From Candidatus Poribacteria bacterium (lineage in GTDB: Bacteria; Poribacteria; WGA-4E; WGA-3G): a stretch of DNA of 64,000 nucleotides. The position numbers were made by a program, and so were the translations under genes. This document shows, piece by piece, positions 62,368 through 64,000 of this stretch. The first letter of the stretch is position 1; each line of letters starts with the position of its first letter. The stretch is taken from contig OZ251518.1 in NCBI GenBank assembly GCA_965242965.1, positions 5,184,001-5,248,000 on the forward strand, given 5' to 3'. Below the pieces are notes generated by a model. That model made no database searches. It had not been told where the DNA came from and was given only the letters and a program-made list of their open reading frames with translations.

Positions 62368-62700
62368 AGGGTGTTTCATAACTCCCCGGTAAGAGAGACC
62401 TCCCGGTCTCAATATCGTCCGCGCAATCCAACGCTCGCGGGGGACAGGCCCCCGCGCTACGGCAAAAACGGCACTTCACCGTAGGGCGAGGGCCTGTCCC
62501 TCGCCAGAGTCCGCGCGCCAGACTCTGTAGGTCAGGATCGCCTGATCCTGACCTGTTTGTGATCAGGCGATCACAAACTACAGAAGCGGAAAAACACAGC
62601 GTGACGATGGACAACGCGGGGGACAGGCCCCCGCGCTACGGTAAAATCGAGACCGGGAGGTCTCTCCTACCGGGAAGACATTGATATATGAAACACCCTC
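62368..62700. mobile_element. TIR-bounded REP mosaic element E16
   Basis: AGGGTGTTTCATA at 62368; TATGAAACACCCTC at 62687-62700. Confidence 0.85.
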
Positions 62701-62762
62701 GTTTAATTAGGGAACAACGGGTAGGCGTGCTTTCCAACCGCGCCCACCGAGTTCAGGGTGAG

Positions 62763-63509
62763 TTAGCCATGAACCGCATCGGCGAACTGCTTCATCAGTG
62801 CTAGCGAACCGGTTTCCTCAAGCACATTGCCTGTAACGATGAAATCCGCACCGGCGTTAACACGCTCCTCGGCGAGTTCCGGCGTGCGAATGCCACCACC
62901 GACAATCAGCGGAATGCTGATGCGCGCTTTCACTGCGGCTATCATCGCATTCGGGACAGGGTGCTTCGCGCCGCTGCCAGCCTCCAAGTAGACAAGTTTC
63001 ATGCCGAGGTATTGAGCGGCTAACGCATGCGGTCCCGCGATATCCGGTTTATCCCGAGGAATCGGCATCGTGCCGCTCATGAACTCAACAGTGGTGCGAT
63101 TCCCACTCTCAATCAGCAGATAACCGGTAGGGATAGGTTCAAGCGCGTAGCGTTGTATCCACGGCGCAGCTTTCACCTGTTCCCCGATGAGATAGTTCGG
63201 GTTTCTGCCACTGATAAGACTCAGATAGAGAATCGCATCGGCATGCGCGGTGAGATGCATGGAATCCCCAGGAAAAAGCACAATAGGGAGGCGTGTCGCG
63301 CTTTTCAGCGTTTCCGCAATCGGATGCAACTCGGTAGTTAAGAAGCTGCCGCCAAGCAGAATCGCGTCCGCGCCTGCTTGTTCAATGTCGCGTGCAAGTT
63401 TAGCGCACGACGCAACCTCACACTGCTCCGGATCGATCAGGACGAGATAGCCGGCGCGATGTCTCTTCAAGACCTCGTGGAAGTAATTCAGAACCCGATG
63501 TGATGCCAA
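62763..63509 (-). CDS. Geranylgeranylglyceryl/heptaprenylglyceryl phosphate synthase (group II-like)
   Basis: LIDP, GGS, LFPG, SLISGRNP.YLIG, YLEAGSGA, VGGGIR, VTGN. Confidence 0.9.
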   Translation of the reverse strand: MASHRVLNYFHEVLKRHRAGYLVLIDPEQCEVASCAKLARDIEQAGADAILLGGSFLTTELHPIAETLKSATRLPIVLFPGDSMHLTAHADAILYLSLISGRNPNYLIGEQVKAAPWIQRYALEPIPTGYLLIESGNRTTVEFMSGTMPIPRDKPDIAGPHALAAQYLGMKLVYLEAGSGAKHPVPNAMIAAVKARISIPLIVGGGIRTPELAEERVNAGADFIVTGNVLEETGSLALMKQFADAVHG

Positions 63510-63612
63510 ATGGAAATGTTCCTTCTCAATGATTGCGCGTATTGCGCGCGTTTGTTAATTATTTTACCACATTGATGCGCGTTTGTCAAATTACAATTGC
63601 ACGTTGACGCTA

Positions 63613-64000
63613 TTAACGCCGGGACAATTCATAGAGCAGAACGCCCGCGGCGACACCGACATTGAGCGATGCTTGACTTTGACTTCTTCCCGCCGCCGTT
63701 AGCACCCCGGGTGCCATCGGGATGCGCACCAAGTCCGTGCAACTTTCGCGTGCCGGCACGGAAATACCGGTATGTTCATTGCCGATAACGACTGCGGTAG
63801 GCGGCTCCACTTCCAGTGTGTAGAGTGATGTCTCGGTGTGCGCAGTCGCGCCGAGGACACGCCACCCTTCCCGCTGAAGTGCTTCAAGCGCAGGCACTGC
63901 ATCCGGTTCAAAGAAGAGCAGCAGACGGCCCACCGCGCCTCGCGCTGCACGAATGCAGTTTTTATGAAATGGACTCGCGCCGCTGCCACATAGCAAAACC
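63613..64000 (-). CDS. TrmH/SpoU family RNA methyltransferase, 3' part
   Basis: VIGNE..GI, RIPM, SLNVGVAAGVLLYE; runs off the window edge. Confidence 0.88.
   Translation of the reverse strand, partial: VLLCGSGASPFHKNCIRAARGAVGRLLLFFEPDAVPALEALQREGWRVLGATAHTETSLYTLEVEPPTAVVIGNEHTGISVPARESCTDLVRIPMAPGVLTAAGRSQSQASLNVGVAAGVLLYELSRR

Overview
Bacterial chromosomal window, mostly GC-rich, probably Candidatus Poribacteria or a relative. This is an inference from gene content: a secreted LRR/lamin-tail protein ending in a TFGxxK-type motif, a phytanoyl-CoA dioxygenase family gene, a DUF6785-like membrane protein, and several Gfo/Idh/MocA and LLM oxidoreductases. It holds about 45 CDS (catabolic oxidoreductases, a frameshifted copA, three glycosyltransferases, pyrK, bioB, purS-like, prmA, dnaJ, grpE, GGGP synthase and others) and two tRNAs (fMet, Leu-TAA). 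Three things stand out. (1) Most intergenic spaces carry mosaics of several GTAG-led REP-like hairpin families whose stems co-vary. Many mosaics are bracketed by a 14-bp terminal inverted repeat (GAGGGTGTTTCATA...TATGAAACACCCTC), giving MITE-like ends around a shuffled REP cargo, and no transposase is present in the window. (2) One REP family is inserted in frame into three proteins (as 27-nt-period tandem units in two of them), and REP GTAG motifs supply the stop codons of several genes. (3) A SNF2-DUF3883 / DUF1156 / DUF499 restriction-like defence locus is split by about 6 kb of cargo genes, with repeated promoter copies and orphan gene-start stubs between them. Family assignments are from motif recognition only; no searches were run.
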